Shown here one piece after another: positions 49,493 through 59,798 of a DNA stretch of 64,000 nucleotides (positions within the stretch are counted from its first letter, which is position 1; each line of letters opens with the position of its first letter). The DNA is from Oscillospiraceae bacterium. GTDB lineage: Bacteria > Bacillota > Clostridia > Oscillospirales > Oscillospiraceae. The notes under the pieces are model-generated. The model made no database searches. It was not told the DNA's origin and saw only the letters and a list, made by a program, of their open reading frames with translations. The translations under genes were made by a program, and so were the position numbers. The stretch spans positions 59,950 through 123,949 of the forward strand of contig JAFQBN010000012.1 of assembly GCA_017416685.1 (NCBI GenBank). The letters run 5' to 3'.

Positions 49493-50629
49493 TTACAGCA
49501 TGGCTCTGCCGCGGCAGTAGGTCCGGGCCACGGAATAATCGTCCTCCAAAACCACAATATCCGCGTCCTTGCCCGCCGCAAGGCTGCCCTTGCGCTTTGC
49601 AAGGCCAAGGCAGACGGCGGGGTTGATGGTACAGGAGGCCAGCGCCTTGTGGAAGGGCACACCCGCCTGCACCATGCGCTGCAGGCCCCGGTTCATGGGC
49701 AGGGTGCTGCCGGCGATGGTGTCCGTACCCTTCAGGCGGGCAAGGCCGTCCTCCCCCACCTCAATATCGTGACCGCCCAGCTGATAATTTCCGCCGGGGG
49801 GACAGTATTTCACCCGCAGGCTGTCGGTGACCATGATGGCCTTATCCGCGTCCTTACAGCGGTAGAACAGCCGCGCCGCCGCCGGATGGCTGTGGCAGCC
49901 GTCGGCGATGATCTCACCGTACAGGTTGCTTTGGGTCAGGGCCAGCCCCACCAATCCCGGCTTGCGGTGATGCAGGGGTGTCATACCATTATAAACGTGG
50001 GTCATGCTTTTTGCACCCTCGGTCACAGCCTGCAGCCCCTGCTCGTAGCTGGCCGCCGAGTGACCGATGCTGACCACCACGCCGTTGTCCCGGCACCAGT
50101 GGGTCAGGGCAAAGTCCGTGTCATGCTCCGGAGCAAGGGTGATATAGCGAATGAGTCCCTTCGCCGCGGTCTGATACTGCTTGAACTGCTCCACATTAGG
50201 GGCGGCGATGGCCTCCGGCGGCTGTGCGCCTTTGTAGTCCATGTCGAGATAAGGACCCTCAAAGTGAACGCCCAAAATCTCTGCGCCCTCATATCCCTCG
50301 TCCACGACTTTCGCCACGTTTTCAAGGGCGGCGGTCAGCACGTCGGGCATCTGAGTCACGGTGGTGGGCAGGATGCCGGTCACGCCCTCCTGCGGGATGC
50401 GGCGCACCCAGTCTCGCAGGCCGTCCGCTTCGGCATCGTTGGTGTCGAAGCCGTAGGCGCCGTGGGTATGCACATCGATAAAACCGGGAACAATGCGCCG
50501 CTCTCCCCAGTCTTCGTCCACCTTATGCACATCGGGGGGACACAGCTGACGGATGACCCCATCCTCCAAAACCAGCTGGGCGGGGACAAACTGCCCGTCG
50601 ATCCATACCCGGTTACTCTGTATTACCAT
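49493..50629 (-). CDS. nagA: N-acetylglucosamine-6-phosphate deacetylase
   Basis: PGFIDVHTHG, HFEGPYL, TLAPE, GHSAA, THVYNGM, IADGCHSHP, VTDS, IAGS. Confidence 0.93.
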   Translation of the reverse strand: MVIQSNRVWIDGQFVPAQLVLEDGVIRQLCPPDVHKVDEDWGERRIVPGFIDVHTHGAYGFDTNDAEADGLRDWVRRIPQEGVTGILPTTVTQMPDVLTAALENVAKVVDEGYEGAEILGVHFEGPYLDMDYKGAQPPEAIAAPNVEQFKQYQTAAKGLIRYITLAPEHDTDFALTHWCRDNGVVVSIGHSAASYEQGLQAVTEGAKSMTHVYNGMTPLHHRKPGLVGLALTQSNLYGEIIADGCHSHPAAARLFYRCKDADKAIMVTDSLRVKYCPPGGNYQLGGHDIEVGEDGLARLKGTDTIAGSTLPMNRGLQRMVQAGVPFHKALASCTINPAVCLGLAKRKGSLAAGKDADIVVLEDDYSVARTYCRGRAML

Positions 50630-50871
50630 AAAAAGCACCGCCTTTCCTCATTGTAATTCTACCACCCACCACGCCAATTGTAAATCCCGTTCTTAGCGCC
50701 ATCCCCTCTCTTTTGTCCGCGGCATCTTCATCCCGCTGTCCCATTTCACCTCTGTCTTGACAAAATTGTCCCGCCTTGTCTTTCCCGCCACGCCAAAGAG
50801 CAACAGCAATCAAAAAGAGTGTAAAAATTTATTTTTATTGCTAAAATTCGTTTTTCCATGCTTTTTATGCA

Positions 50872-50900
50872 TTGACATCCCCGCTACACCATATTATACT
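50872..50900 (+). promoter_or_regulatory. sigmaA promoter of SBP copy 1
   Basis: TTGACA-17-TATACT. Confidence 0.7.
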
Positions 50901-51084
50901 TTTCCTGTGAGGTGCAGCATTCTGTCCACACGCTGGAACAAAAAGCTTTCCCTTTGGAACAGGTTTCTGCTCCATTTTGTTCCAACGTGTAGAATTGACA
51001 TATGAGCTGCACCGCCCTATACTGTTCTTAGCGAAACTTGGAAATCGGCGGATGCCGAAACAAACAAAACGGAGGTACAACCAA

Positions 51085-52746
51085 ATGAAACTGCATTTGA
51101 AGAAGATCGTTTGTCTGGCCATGGCCGTGCTGATGATCGCCGGTCTCGCCGCCTGTGGCGAGAAGGATCCCGTCTCCACCGACCACACCGGCAAGGTGCT
51201 GAAAGTCGGTATCCAGCCCCGCATGCAGGTGGATGATTACGACAACAACGACCTGACCCTGTGGTATGAGGAGCAGCTGGGCATCGACATCCAGTTTGTT
51301 CCCTTCGCTCTGGGTGCTTCCGACTGGCGCGCTCAGGTCAACGCCATGATCGCCGCCGGCGAGCGTCTGCCCGACATCATGTGGGGCTTTGGCTGGAACG
51401 AGAACGAGCGCTATGACTACGGCCGCGACGGCTACATCATTGATCTGACCGACCTGATGCTGGGCGACACCGCCGCTACTGTCGAATGGCGCGAGCGTAT
51501 GGAAGAGCTGTTCGGCGAGGGTCGTCTGGAGACCATCATGCGCAACATCGCCTCCCCCGACGGCAAGATCTACGGCTTCCCCACCCAGGCCTACAGCGAC
51601 GAGTACAACACCAACACCCAGGTCTTCATCAACAAGGTTTGGCTGGACAGACTGGGTCTGGAAATCCCCACCAGCTATGACGAGCTGGTCGAAGTCCTGC
51701 GCGCGTTCAAGACTCAGGACCCCAACCAGAACGGCAAGGCCGACGAGATCCCCGCTGTGGGCTGGATCTCTCCCTCCACCACCACCACCGGCGGCGCCTA
51801 CAGCGACATCCCCGCTTGGCTGCTGAACAACTGGGAGTTCGTCTGTGACGTGCGCAACTGGAACGTTGAGAACGGCCAGCTGTACTCCCCCTACACCACC
51901 GACGCCTACCGTGAGGGCCTGAAGGCCATCAACGCTCTGGTTGACGAGGGTCTGCTGTCCGACTCCACCTGGACCATCTCCTCCTCCAACGAGCTGTGCG
52001 CCCTGTGGACTCCCGCCGACGATACCGCCATCGTGGGTATGAGCGCCGGTCACTTCCCCGCCCGCGTCACTCAGGACAGCCCCGTGGCTCTGGAGTACGT
52101 TCCTCTGATGCCCTTCAACTACGCTCCCATGCTCACCTCTTTCAACGTGCCCAACTGCAACTTCTTCATCACCGAGGATTGCGACGATGTGCAGCTGGCC
52201 TTTGACTTCCTGCTGCTGGTCGCCTCTGACGAGGCCTCTTACCGCGCCACCGTCGGTGTCGAGGGCGTGAACTGGGAGTGGGTGGAGGACGACTCCCCCG
52301 CCGGCCGCGGCTACATGCCCACCAACTACCCCACCGCTCCTCACCACGTGACCTGGCACACCAACGGCGGCACCATGTCCATGACCACCATGGAGACCGA
52401 GCATCACGTCGTGCGTGATCCCGAGGATGTGTGGACCAACCAGGTCGGCGATATTTTCCGCGCCCATGAGCTGGAATACACCAAGCTGGCCGAGGAGCGC
52501 AACCCCGACGAGATCCTGGATAAGATCATCTTCTCCCCCGAGGAGTCCGAGGAGCTGGGCGCCCGTCCTGCCGAGCTGCTGATCTACATCAAGGAGGCCC
52601 GTTCCAAGTTCTGCGTCGGCCAGACCGGTTTCGATCCCAACAACGACGCTGATTGGGAGAACTACCTGAAGACCCTGGATCAGATGGGTATGCAGGAGTG
52701 GCTCCGCCTGTCTCAGCAGGCCTACACCCGCATGACCAACGGCTAA
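51085..52746 (+). CDS. Extracellular solute-binding lipoprotein (family 1, carbohydrate type), copy 1
   Basis: Lipobox LAAC; SPDGKIYGFP; FINKVWLD.LGL..PT..DEL..VLRAFK..DPNQNGKADE; 553 aa. Confidence 0.88.
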   Translation: MKLHLKKIVCLAMAVLMIAGLAACGEKDPVSTDHTGKVLKVGIQPRMQVDDYDNNDLTLWYEEQLGIDIQFVPFALGASDWRAQVNAMIAAGERLPDIMWGFGWNENERYDYGRDGYIIDLTDLMLGDTAATVEWRERMEELFGEGRLETIMRNIASPDGKIYGFPTQAYSDEYNTNTQVFINKVWLDRLGLEIPTSYDELVEVLRAFKTQDPNQNGKADEIPAVGWISPSTTTTGGAYSDIPAWLLNNWEFVCDVRNWNVENGQLYSPYTTDAYREGLKAINALVDEGLLSDSTWTISSSNELCALWTPADDTAIVGMSAGHFPARVTQDSPVALEYVPLMPFNYAPMLTSFNVPNCNFFITEDCDDVQLAFDFLLLVASDEASYRATVGVEGVNWEWVEDDSPAGRGYMPTNYPTAPHHVTWHTNGGTMSMTTMETEHHVVRDPEDVWTNQVGDIFRAHELEYTKLAEERNPDEILDKIIFSPEESEELGARPAELLIYIKEARSKFCVGQTGFDPNNDADWENYLKTLDQMGMQEWLRLSQQAYTRMTNG

Positions 52747-52762
52747 TTCCATACTTAACAAC

Positions 52763-52798
52763 AAAGCAGGAGCAGTCATCTGACTGCTCCTGCTTTTT
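52763..52798 (+). terminator. Terminator after SBP copy 1
   Basis: AAAGCAGGAGCAGTC-atct-GACTGCTCCTGCTTTTT. Confidence 0.85.
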
Positions 52799-52837
52799 CG
52801 CTTGTTTTAATTTCTCCCTTCGGGTGGCGGTGTTTGC

Positions 52838-52863
52838 GGGCGGGCACAGAGGCCCGCCCCTGC
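52838..52863 (-). repeat. REP-like palindrome
   Basis: Minus strand GCAG-GGGCGGGCCTCTGTGCCCGCCC, same architecture as the palindromes at 6512 and 6820. Confidence 0.5.
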
Positions 52864-52969
52864 CGAAGTCCGTCTTTCGGCTTGCCGAGGTCGTCTGACC
52901 CTGGGGCGTGCGCGGACTTTGCGCTTTCGGCAGCCGCGCATAATGTTTCTTTTTTGTTGCATCATATGA

Positions 52970-52998
52970 TTGACTTTCAAAGTTTCATATATTATACT
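52970..52998 (+). promoter_or_regulatory. sigmaA promoter of SBP copy 2
   Basis: TTGACT-17-TATACT. Confidence 0.65.
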
Positions 52999-53072
52999 AC
53001 GTTTACGCAAAGTCACTTGTTGAATCTGTCCAACAAATCGGCTCTGCCGAAAAAGAAAACGGAGGTACATCT

Positions 53073-54734
53073 ATGAAACTGCATCTGAAGAAGATCGTCA
53101 GCCTGGCTCTGGCTGTGCTGATGATCGTCCCTCTGGTCGCTTGCGGCGAGAAGGATCCCGTCTCCACCGACCACACCGGCAAGGTCCTGACCATCGGCAT
53201 CCAGCCCCGTCAGCAGGTGGATGATTACGACAACAACGACCTGACCCTGTGGTATGAGGAGCAGCTGGGCATTGACATCCAGTTTGTTCCCTTCGCCCTT
53301 GGCGCCGCCGACTGGCGCGCCCAGGTCAACGCCATGATCGCCGCCGGCGAGCCTCTGCCCGACATCCTGTGGGGCATGGGCTGGGGCGAGATGGAGCGCT
53401 ATGACTACGGCCGCGACGGCTACCTGATCGACCTGACCGACCTGATGCTCAATGACAGCGCCGCCACCGTGGCCTGGCGCGAGCGTATGGAAGAGCTGTT
53501 CGGCGAGGGCCGTCTGGAGACCGTCATGCGCAACATCGCCTCTCCCGACGGCAAGATCTACGCCTTCCCCACTCAGGCTTACAGCGACGACTACAACACC
53601 AACACCCACACCTTCATCAACAAGGTCTGGCTTGACAACCTGGGTCTGGAAGTGCCCACCAACTGGGACGAGCTGGTCGAGGTCCTGCGCGCCTTCAAGA
53701 CTCAGGACCCCAACCAGAACGGCAAGGCTGACGAAATTCCCGCCATCGGCATGGTCGGCCCCGCCAGCACCACCTCCGGCGGTGCCACCAACGACCTGCC
53801 CGCCTGGCTGCTGAACAACTTCGAGTTCGTCTGCGACTACCGCCAGTGGAACGCCGTGGACGGCCAGCTGTACTCTCCCTACACCACCGATGCCTACCGT
53901 GAGGGTCTGAAGGCCATCAACGCTCTGGTGGACGAGGGCCTGCTGTCCGCCTCCACCTGGACCATGACCTCCGGCACCGAGCTGGGCGCCATCTGGACCC
54001 CCGCCAGCGGCACCGCCATCGCTGGTGTCATCTCCGGTGCCATTGCCGCCCGCGCCACCATCGACAGCGAGGTGGGCTATGAGTACGTGGCCCTGCCCCC
54101 CTTCAACTACGCCCCCATGGTGGCCTCCTTCAACGTGCCCCCCGCCTACATCTTCATCACCGAGGAGTGCCAGGATCCTCAGTTGGCCTTTGACTTCCTG
54201 CTGCTGGCCACCACCGAGGAAGGTGCTCTGCGCGCCACCGTCGGTGTCGAGGGTCAGAACTGGGAGTGGGTCGAGGATGACTCCCCCGCCGGCAGAGGCT
54301 ATATGAGCACCAACTACCCCACCGCTCCCCACCACGCTACCTGGCACACCAACACCGGTACTATGTCCATGAACAGCATGGACACCCACTATCACTCCGT
54401 CCGCGACCCCAAGAACGTGTGGTCCAACAAGATGGGCGACATCTTCAGCGATCATGAGAGAAAGTACACCGCCATCGCCGAGGAGAACAACCCCGAGGAG
54501 ATCGTGGATAAGATCATCTACTCCCCCGAGGAGTCCGAGCAGCTGGGTGCCCGTCCCGCTGAGCTGCTGATCTACATCAAGGAGGCCCGCTCCAAGTTCG
54601 CCGTGGGCCAGCAGGGCTTTGACCCCAACAACGATGCTGATTGGCAGAACTACCTGAACACTCTGGACAACATGGGTATGCAGGAGTGGAAGGAAGTTTC
54701 CCAGACCGCCTACACCCGCATGCTGAGCAAGTAA
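53073..54734 (+). CDS. Extracellular solute-binding lipoprotein, copy 2
   Basis: Lipobox LVAC; clear paralogue of copy 1; 553 aa. Confidence 0.88.
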   Translation: MKLHLKKIVSLALAVLMIVPLVACGEKDPVSTDHTGKVLTIGIQPRQQVDDYDNNDLTLWYEEQLGIDIQFVPFALGAADWRAQVNAMIAAGEPLPDILWGMGWGEMERYDYGRDGYLIDLTDLMLNDSAATVAWRERMEELFGEGRLETVMRNIASPDGKIYAFPTQAYSDDYNTNTHTFINKVWLDNLGLEVPTNWDELVEVLRAFKTQDPNQNGKADEIPAIGMVGPASTTSGGATNDLPAWLLNNFEFVCDYRQWNAVDGQLYSPYTTDAYREGLKAINALVDEGLLSASTWTMTSGTELGAIWTPASGTAIAGVISGAIAARATIDSEVGYEYVALPPFNYAPMVASFNVPPAYIFITEECQDPQLAFDFLLLATTEEGALRATVGVEGQNWEWVEDDSPAGRGYMSTNYPTAPHHATWHTNTGTMSMNSMDTHYHSVRDPKNVWSNKMGDIFSDHERKYTAIAEENNPEEIVDKIIYSPEESEQLGARPAELLIYIKEARSKFAVGQQGFDPNNDADWQNYLNTLDNMGMQEWKEVSQTAYTRMLSK

Positions 54735-54748
54735 TTCCCATACTTATG

Positions 54749-54783
54749 AAACAGGAGCAGTCGAAAGACTGCTCCTGTTTTTT
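54749..54783 (+). terminator. Terminator after SBP copy 2
   Basis: AAACAGGAGCAGTC-gaaa-GACTGCTCCTGTTTTTT; same stem core as after copy 1. Confidence 0.85.
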
Positions 54784-54839
54784 GCCTGCCGCAGGGGAGC
54801 CGTTGGAATACCCCTCTTTTTGTTGCATTTTCTTTCTGA

Positions 54840-54868
54840 TTGACAAACATTTTAGCCGGTATTATAGT
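54840..54868 (+). promoter_or_regulatory. sigmaA promoter of SBP copy 3
   Basis: TTGACA-17-TATAGT. Confidence 0.7.
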
Positions 54869-54919
54869 TGAATTGTACAAAAACCGGCTCCGCCGGCAAA
54901 CGAAAACGGAGGTACATCT

Positions 54920-56581
54920 ATGAAACTGCATCTGAAGAAGATCGTCAGCCTGGCTCTGGCTGTGCTGATGGTCGCCGGCCTCGCCGCCTGCGGCAAGGAG
55001 CCTGCCCCCACCGATCACACCGGCAAGGTTCTGACCGTCGGCATCCAGCAGCGTGCTGCCGTGGATGACATGGACAACAATCTGCTGACCCTGTATCTGG
55101 AAGAGAAGCTGGGCATTGACATCCAGTTCGTGCCCTTCGCCCTGGGTGCTTCCGACTGGCGCGCTCAGGTCAACGCCATGATCGCCGCCGGCGAGCCTCT
55201 GCCCGACGTCATGTGGGGCTTCGGTTGGAATGAGAACGAGCGCTATGACTACGGCAGTCAGGGCTACATCATCGACCTGACCGACCTGATGCGCAGCGAA
55301 AGCGCCACCGCCGCCGCCTACCGTGAGCGTATGGCCGAGGTGTTTGGCGAGGATATGTTCGAGACCGTCATGCGCAACATCGCCTCCCCCGATGGTGCCG
55401 TCTACGGCTTCCCCACCATCGTCCAGGGTGACACCACCTACTCCAGCATGAACGTGTTCATCAACCAGAAGTGGCTGGACAATCTGGGTCTGGAAGTGCC
55501 CACCAACATGGACGAGCTGATGACCGTCCTGCGCGCGTTCAAGACTCAGGACCCCAACCAGAACGGCAAGGCCGACGAGTTCCCCGCCGTGGGTCAGGTC
55601 GGCCCCACCAACACCACCACCGGCACCCAGAACGGTGACCTGCCCGCCTGGATCATCAACAACTATCAGTACACCTGTGACAAGCGCCAGTGGAACTCCG
55701 TGGACGGCAAGCTCTACTCCCCCTACATCACCGACGAGTACCGCGAGGGTTTGAAGACCCTGAACACCATGGTGAGCGAGGGTCTGGTGGACGCCTTCAC
55801 CTGGACCTCTACCTACGGTTCCAGCGAGATGACCGCCATGTGGACCCCCGCCAACGACACCGCCATCGCCGGCGTGGTCGCCGGTGCCATCGCCGCCCGC
55901 GTAGCTCAGGACAGCCCCGTGGCTCTGGAATACGTCCCCCTGCCGCCCTTCAACTACGCCCCCATCGACATCAACAATGTCATTCCTCCCTGCAACATCT
56001 TCATCACCGAGTCCTGCCAGGATACCGAGCTGGCCTTTGACATGCTGCTGGCTATGACCGATTTCGAGGGTACCATGCGCGCCCGCCGCGGCGTCGAGGG
56101 CGAGCATTGGGTGCTGGAAGAGGACGACTCCCCCTACGGTCAGGGCATCCGTCAGCTGGTTCAGATTACCGCCCCCCACCACGTGCACTGGGGTGCCTAC
56201 GTTGGCCACCTGGTCCGCGGCAGTCAGGACACCTATGAGCACGACATCCGTGATCCCGAGCAGGTGTGGAGCAATTCTGTCAACGACATTATGCTGGACC
56301 ACGAGGCCGCCTATGTAGCCAAGGCCGATGCCAACAACCCCAAGGAGACCGTGGATAAGATCATCTACTCTCCCGAGGAGACCGAGGAGCTGGGCACCCG
56401 TCCCGCCGAGCTGTTGATGTTCATTAAGGAGTCCCGCGCCAAGTTCGCCACCGGTGCCGCCGGCTTCGATCCCAACAGTGATGCCGATTGGGCCAACTAT
56501 CTGCAAACCCTGGACAACATGGGCCTGCAGGATTGGCTGCGCATCTCTCAGGGCGCTTATGACCGCATGAACGGTAAGTAA
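54920..56581 (+). CDS. Extracellular solute-binding lipoprotein, copy 3
   Basis: Lipobox LAAC; more diverged paralogue; 553 aa. Confidence 0.88.
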   Translation: MKLHLKKIVSLALAVLMVAGLAACGKEPAPTDHTGKVLTVGIQQRAAVDDMDNNLLTLYLEEKLGIDIQFVPFALGASDWRAQVNAMIAAGEPLPDVMWGFGWNENERYDYGSQGYIIDLTDLMRSESATAAAYRERMAEVFGEDMFETVMRNIASPDGAVYGFPTIVQGDTTYSSMNVFINQKWLDNLGLEVPTNMDELMTVLRAFKTQDPNQNGKADEFPAVGQVGPTNTTTGTQNGDLPAWIINNYQYTCDKRQWNSVDGKLYSPYITDEYREGLKTLNTMVSEGLVDAFTWTSTYGSSEMTAMWTPANDTAIAGVVAGAIAARVAQDSPVALEYVPLPPFNYAPIDINNVIPPCNIFITESCQDTELAFDMLLAMTDFEGTMRARRGVEGEHWVLEEDDSPYGQGIRQLVQITAPHHVHWGAYVGHLVRGSQDTYEHDIRDPEQVWSNSVNDIMLDHEAAYVAKADANNPKETVDKIIYSPEETEELGTRPAELLMFIKESRAKFATGAAGFDPNSDADWANYLQTLDNMGLQDWLRISQGAYDRMNGK

Positions 56582-56593
56582 TCCATATACAAC

Positions 56594-56628
56594 AAAATCC
56601 CCCCTGCCATGTGGCAGGGGGGATTTTT
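56594..56628. terminator. Bidirectional terminator (SBP3/secA)
   Basis: AAAATCCCCCCTGCCA-tg-TGGCAGGGGGGATTTT. Confidence 0.85.
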
Positions 56629-56635
56629 AATTCCG

Positions 56636-59389
56636 TTAACCTTCTTTGTGATAAGCCTCGCAAGTACATTTCTTCCACTTCAGGCCGCTGCCGCAGGGGC
56701 AGGGATCGTTGCGGCCGATCTTGACCACCTTGCGGGTGGGCTGGCGCTGAACCGTGCCGTCCCCGCCGGCAGACTCACCGGTAATCTTGGCCACGCGCTC
56801 GCGCTTGACCTGCTCATTCTGGCGCAGGCGCACCTGGAACAGGCGGCGCAGAGTCTCCTCCTGAATGGCGGCGATCATCTGCTCAAACATCTCAAAGCCC
56901 TCGCGCTTGTATTCCACCACAGGGTCGTTCTGACCGTAGGCACGCAGGCCGATGCCCTGTTTCAGCTCGTTCATGGCGTCGATCTGGTCCATCCAGAATT
57001 CGTCCACCACACGCAGCATAATGACCCGCTCCAGCTCGCGCATGAGGGTCTCGCCAAACTGCTCCTCCCGGGCGGCATAGACCGCGCGGGCCTTGTCACT
57101 GACCAGCTCCACCAGCTCATCCACGGTGTAACCGGGCAGTTCCTCATCGGTCAGCTCCAGTTCGCCGGGGGCCAGGAACATGGTGCGGAAGGGCTCCATA
57201 GCAGCGCGGAAGCTGTCGGCATCCATGTGGGACTGCTCGCCCATGTGGCCGCGGATGGCGCTCTCCACCGTGTTGCGCAGCATATTGGCAATGCTCTCCT
57301 GCAGGTCCTGACCGTCCAGCACCTGGGCGCGCTGTTCGTAGATGATCTTGCGCTGGGTGTTCATGACGTTGTCGTATTCCAGCACGCTCTTACGGGTCTG
57401 GAAGTGCGTGGACTCCACGTGCCGCTGAGCATTCTCGATGGCACCGGACAGGATCTTGGCATCGATGGGGGTGTTTTCATCCACGCCCAGCCGCTCCATC
57501 ATGTTCATCACCCGGTCGGAACCGAACAGGCGCATGATGTCGTCTTCCAGAGACAGGTAGAACCGGGTCTGGCCTGGGTCGCCCTGACGGCCGGCACGAC
57601 CGCGCAGCTGGTTGTCGATACGACGGGACTCGTGCCGCTCGGTACCCAGAATGAACAGGCCGCCCGCTTCACGCACACGGTCCGCCTCATCGCGGATGGC
57701 GGCCTTGTATTTGGCCTCCGCCTCGGTAAACATCCTGCGGGCATTGAGGATCTCCTCGTTGTCGGTCTCGGCAAAGCCGGTGGCTTCAGCAATCAACTCG
57801 TCGGACAGGCCCGCCTTTCGCAGGTCGGCCTTGGCCAAAAATTCTGCGTTGCCGCCCAGCATGATATCGGTACCACGGCCGGCCATGTTGGTGGCCACGG
57901 TGACGGCCCCGAACTTACCCGCCTGGGCCACGATTTCAGCTTCCTTCTCGTGGTTCTTGGCGTTCAGAACGTTGTGCTTGATGCCCCGGCGGCGAAGCAT
58001 GTCGCTGAGCAGTTCGGACTTCTCGATGGAGATGGTACCCACCAGCACCGGCTGGCCCTGCTTGTGACAGGCTTCGATCTGGTCGATGATGGCCTTGTAC
58101 TTGCCCCGCTCGTTTTTGTACACCACGTCGGGGTTGTCCTGCCGGGCCAGAGGACGGTTGGTGGGGATCTCCACAATGTCCAGCTCGTAGATGGTGCCGA
58201 ATTCTTCCTCCTCAGTCATGGCGGTACCGGTCATACCGGACAGCTTATCGTACAGACGGAAATAGTTCTGGAAGGTGATGGTGGCAAGAGTCTTGGACTC
58301 GTTGGCCACTTCTACGTGTTCCTTGGCCTCGATAGCCTGATGCAGACCCTCGTTATAGCGCCGTCCGAACATCAGTCGGCCGGTGAACTCGTCCACGATG
58401 ATGACCTGGCCGTCTTTGACCACGTAGTCGATGTCACGCTTCATCACGCCGTGGGCCTTCAGGGCCTGATTGATGTGGTGGGACAGGGTGGAGTTTTCCG
58501 GGTCGCCCAGATTTTCCACGTTGAAGGCCTGCTCGGCCTTGGCGATGCCACGGGCGGTAAGGGTGGCGGTGCGGGCCTTCTCATCCACCACGTAGTCGGC
58601 ATCCAGGGTGGGGTCTTCTTCCTGTTTGTTGTCCACTCTGGCAATGCGCACGCACTTGAGCCGACGGGCAAACTGGTCCACGATGGAGTACAGCTGGGTG
58701 GACTTCTCGCCCTGACCGGAGATGATCAGAGGGGTGCGGGCCTCGTCAATCAGGATGGAGTCCACCTCGTCCACGATGGCAAAGGCGTGTTGGCGCTGGA
58801 CCAGTTCCTCGGAATAGAGGGCCATGTTGTCACGCAGGTAGTCAAATCCAAACTCGTTGTTGGTACCGTAGGTAATGTCGGCGGCGTAGGCATCCTTTTT
58901 ATCCTTGCCCTGCACGCCGTGGATAATAAGGCCCACGGTCAGCCCCATGAAGCGGAACACTTTGCCCATCCACTCCGAGTCGCGCTTGGCAAGGTAGTCG
59001 TTGACGGTGACGATATGCACACCGCGGCCGGACAGGGCGTTCAGATAGGCGGGCAGGGTAGCCACAAGGGTCTTGCCCTCGCCGGTCTTCATCTCGGCGA
59101 TGCGGCCCTGATGCAGCACGATGCCGCCGATGAGCTGCACCCGGTAGGGGCGCATGCCCAGCACGCGCCAGGCCGCCTCACGGCAGGCGGCAAATGCCTC
59201 GGGCAGGATGTCGTCCAGCGTCTCGCCGGCGGCCAGGCGGCCCTTCAGCTCCGGGGTCTTGGCCTGCAGCTGCTCGTCGGTGAGTGCCTTGTACTCCTCC
59301 TCCAGCGCCTCGATCTTGCAGACGATGGGTTCAATGGTTTTCAGCTCCCGCTGGGAGCGGGTGCCGAACAGTTTGGTAATCAGACTCAT
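56636..59389 (-). CDS. secA: Preprotein translocase ATPase SecA
   Basis: [56 protein letters not shown]-terminal [11 protein letters not shown]. Confidence 0.98.
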   Translation of the reverse strand: MSLITKLFGTRSQRELKTIEPIVCKIEALEEEYKALTDEQLQAKTPELKGRLAAGETLDDILPEAFAACREAAWRVLGMRPYRVQLIGGIVLHQGRIAEMKTGEGKTLVATLPAYLNALSGRGVHIVTVNDYLAKRDSEWMGKVFRFMGLTVGLIIHGVQGKDKKDAYAADITYGTNNEFGFDYLRDNMALYSEELVQRQHAFAIVDEVDSILIDEARTPLIISGQGEKSTQLYSIVDQFARRLKCVRIARVDNKQEEDPTLDADYVVDEKARTATLTARGIAKAEQAFNVENLGDPENSTLSHHINQALKAHGVMKRDIDYVVKDGQVIIVDEFTGRLMFGRRYNEGLHQAIEAKEHVEVANESKTLATITFQNYFRLYDKLSGMTGTAMTEEEEFGTIYELDIVEIPTNRPLARQDNPDVVYKNERGKYKAIIDQIEACHKQGQPVLVGTISIEKSELLSDMLRRRGIKHNVLNAKNHEKEAEIVAQAGKFGAVTVATNMAGRGTDIMLGGNAEFLAKADLRKAGLSDELIAEATGFAETDNEEILNARRMFTEAEAKYKAAIRDEADRVREAGGLFILGTERHESRRIDNQLRGRAGRQGDPGQTRFYLSLEDDIMRLFGSDRVMNMMERLGVDENTPIDAKILSGAIENAQRHVESTHFQTRKSVLEYDNVMNTQRKIIYEQRAQVLDGQDLQESIANMLRNTVESAIRGHMGEQSHMDADSFRAAMEPFRTMFLAPGELELTDEELPGYTVDELVELVSDKARAVYAAREEQFGETLMRELERVIMLRVVDEFWMDQIDAMNELKQGIGLRAYGQNDPVVEYKREGFEMFEQMIAAIQEETLRRLFQVRLRQNEQVKRERVAKITGESAGGDGTVQRQPTRKVVKIGRNDPCPCGSGLKWKKCTCEAYHKEG

Positions 59390-59574
59390 ATCAAAAAACA
59401 CCTCACGGATATGGGTATCCACAATAAATCAATTTAGTATACCACACTTGCGCTCCCGGGAAAAGCATAAATTTGTAAATATATATAAAAGTGCTTTTCC
59501 GCACCTTCTTTTCTGCCGTTTTGGGTGTTGACAAACTTCGCGCGTTATGTTACTGTAAAGCGGTAAATTGAACA

Positions 59575-59698
59575 GGACAGACGAAACGCGCAGGACGAAA
59601 GAACTGTGCGCGGATGTAACTCTGGAGAAGCTCGCTGTGCGGGGGCCGAAGGGGCAAAGCGGTGCAAACCGCTAATCTCTCAGGCAAAAGGACAGAGG
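59575..59698 (+). ncRNA. Glycine riboswitch (single aptamer with short 5' hairpin)
   Basis: CTCTGGAGA...CCGAAGGGGCAA...AATCTCTCAGGCAAAAGGACAGAG consensus; promoter TTGACA-17-TACTGT at 59528-59556; upstream of an Ala/Gly symporter. Confidence 0.9.
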
Positions 59699-59737
59699 TC
59701 AGCAAACCGGCTCAGGCCGCACTTTGCTGCTTTTGTG

Positions 59738-59768
59738 CCGTGGAGCGTGGGTTCCGCGGTTCTTTTTT
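59738..59768 (+). terminator. Riboswitch expression-platform terminator
   Basis: CCGTGGAGC-gtgg-GTTCCGCGG-TTCTTTTTT before the symporter start. Confidence 0.7.
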
Positions 59769-59798
59769 GTCCTGTTTAGAAGAGAAAGGAAGTAAAAC

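Noticed and set aside
56609-59437. 942-aa ORF antisense to secA (and similar long antisense ORFs over infB, eno, pgk, ABC-F, SBPs, rlmD/ltaE)
   Set aside because: Expected shadows of high-GC3 codon bias; no SDs or recognisable motifs, and the opposite strand encodes clear proteins.
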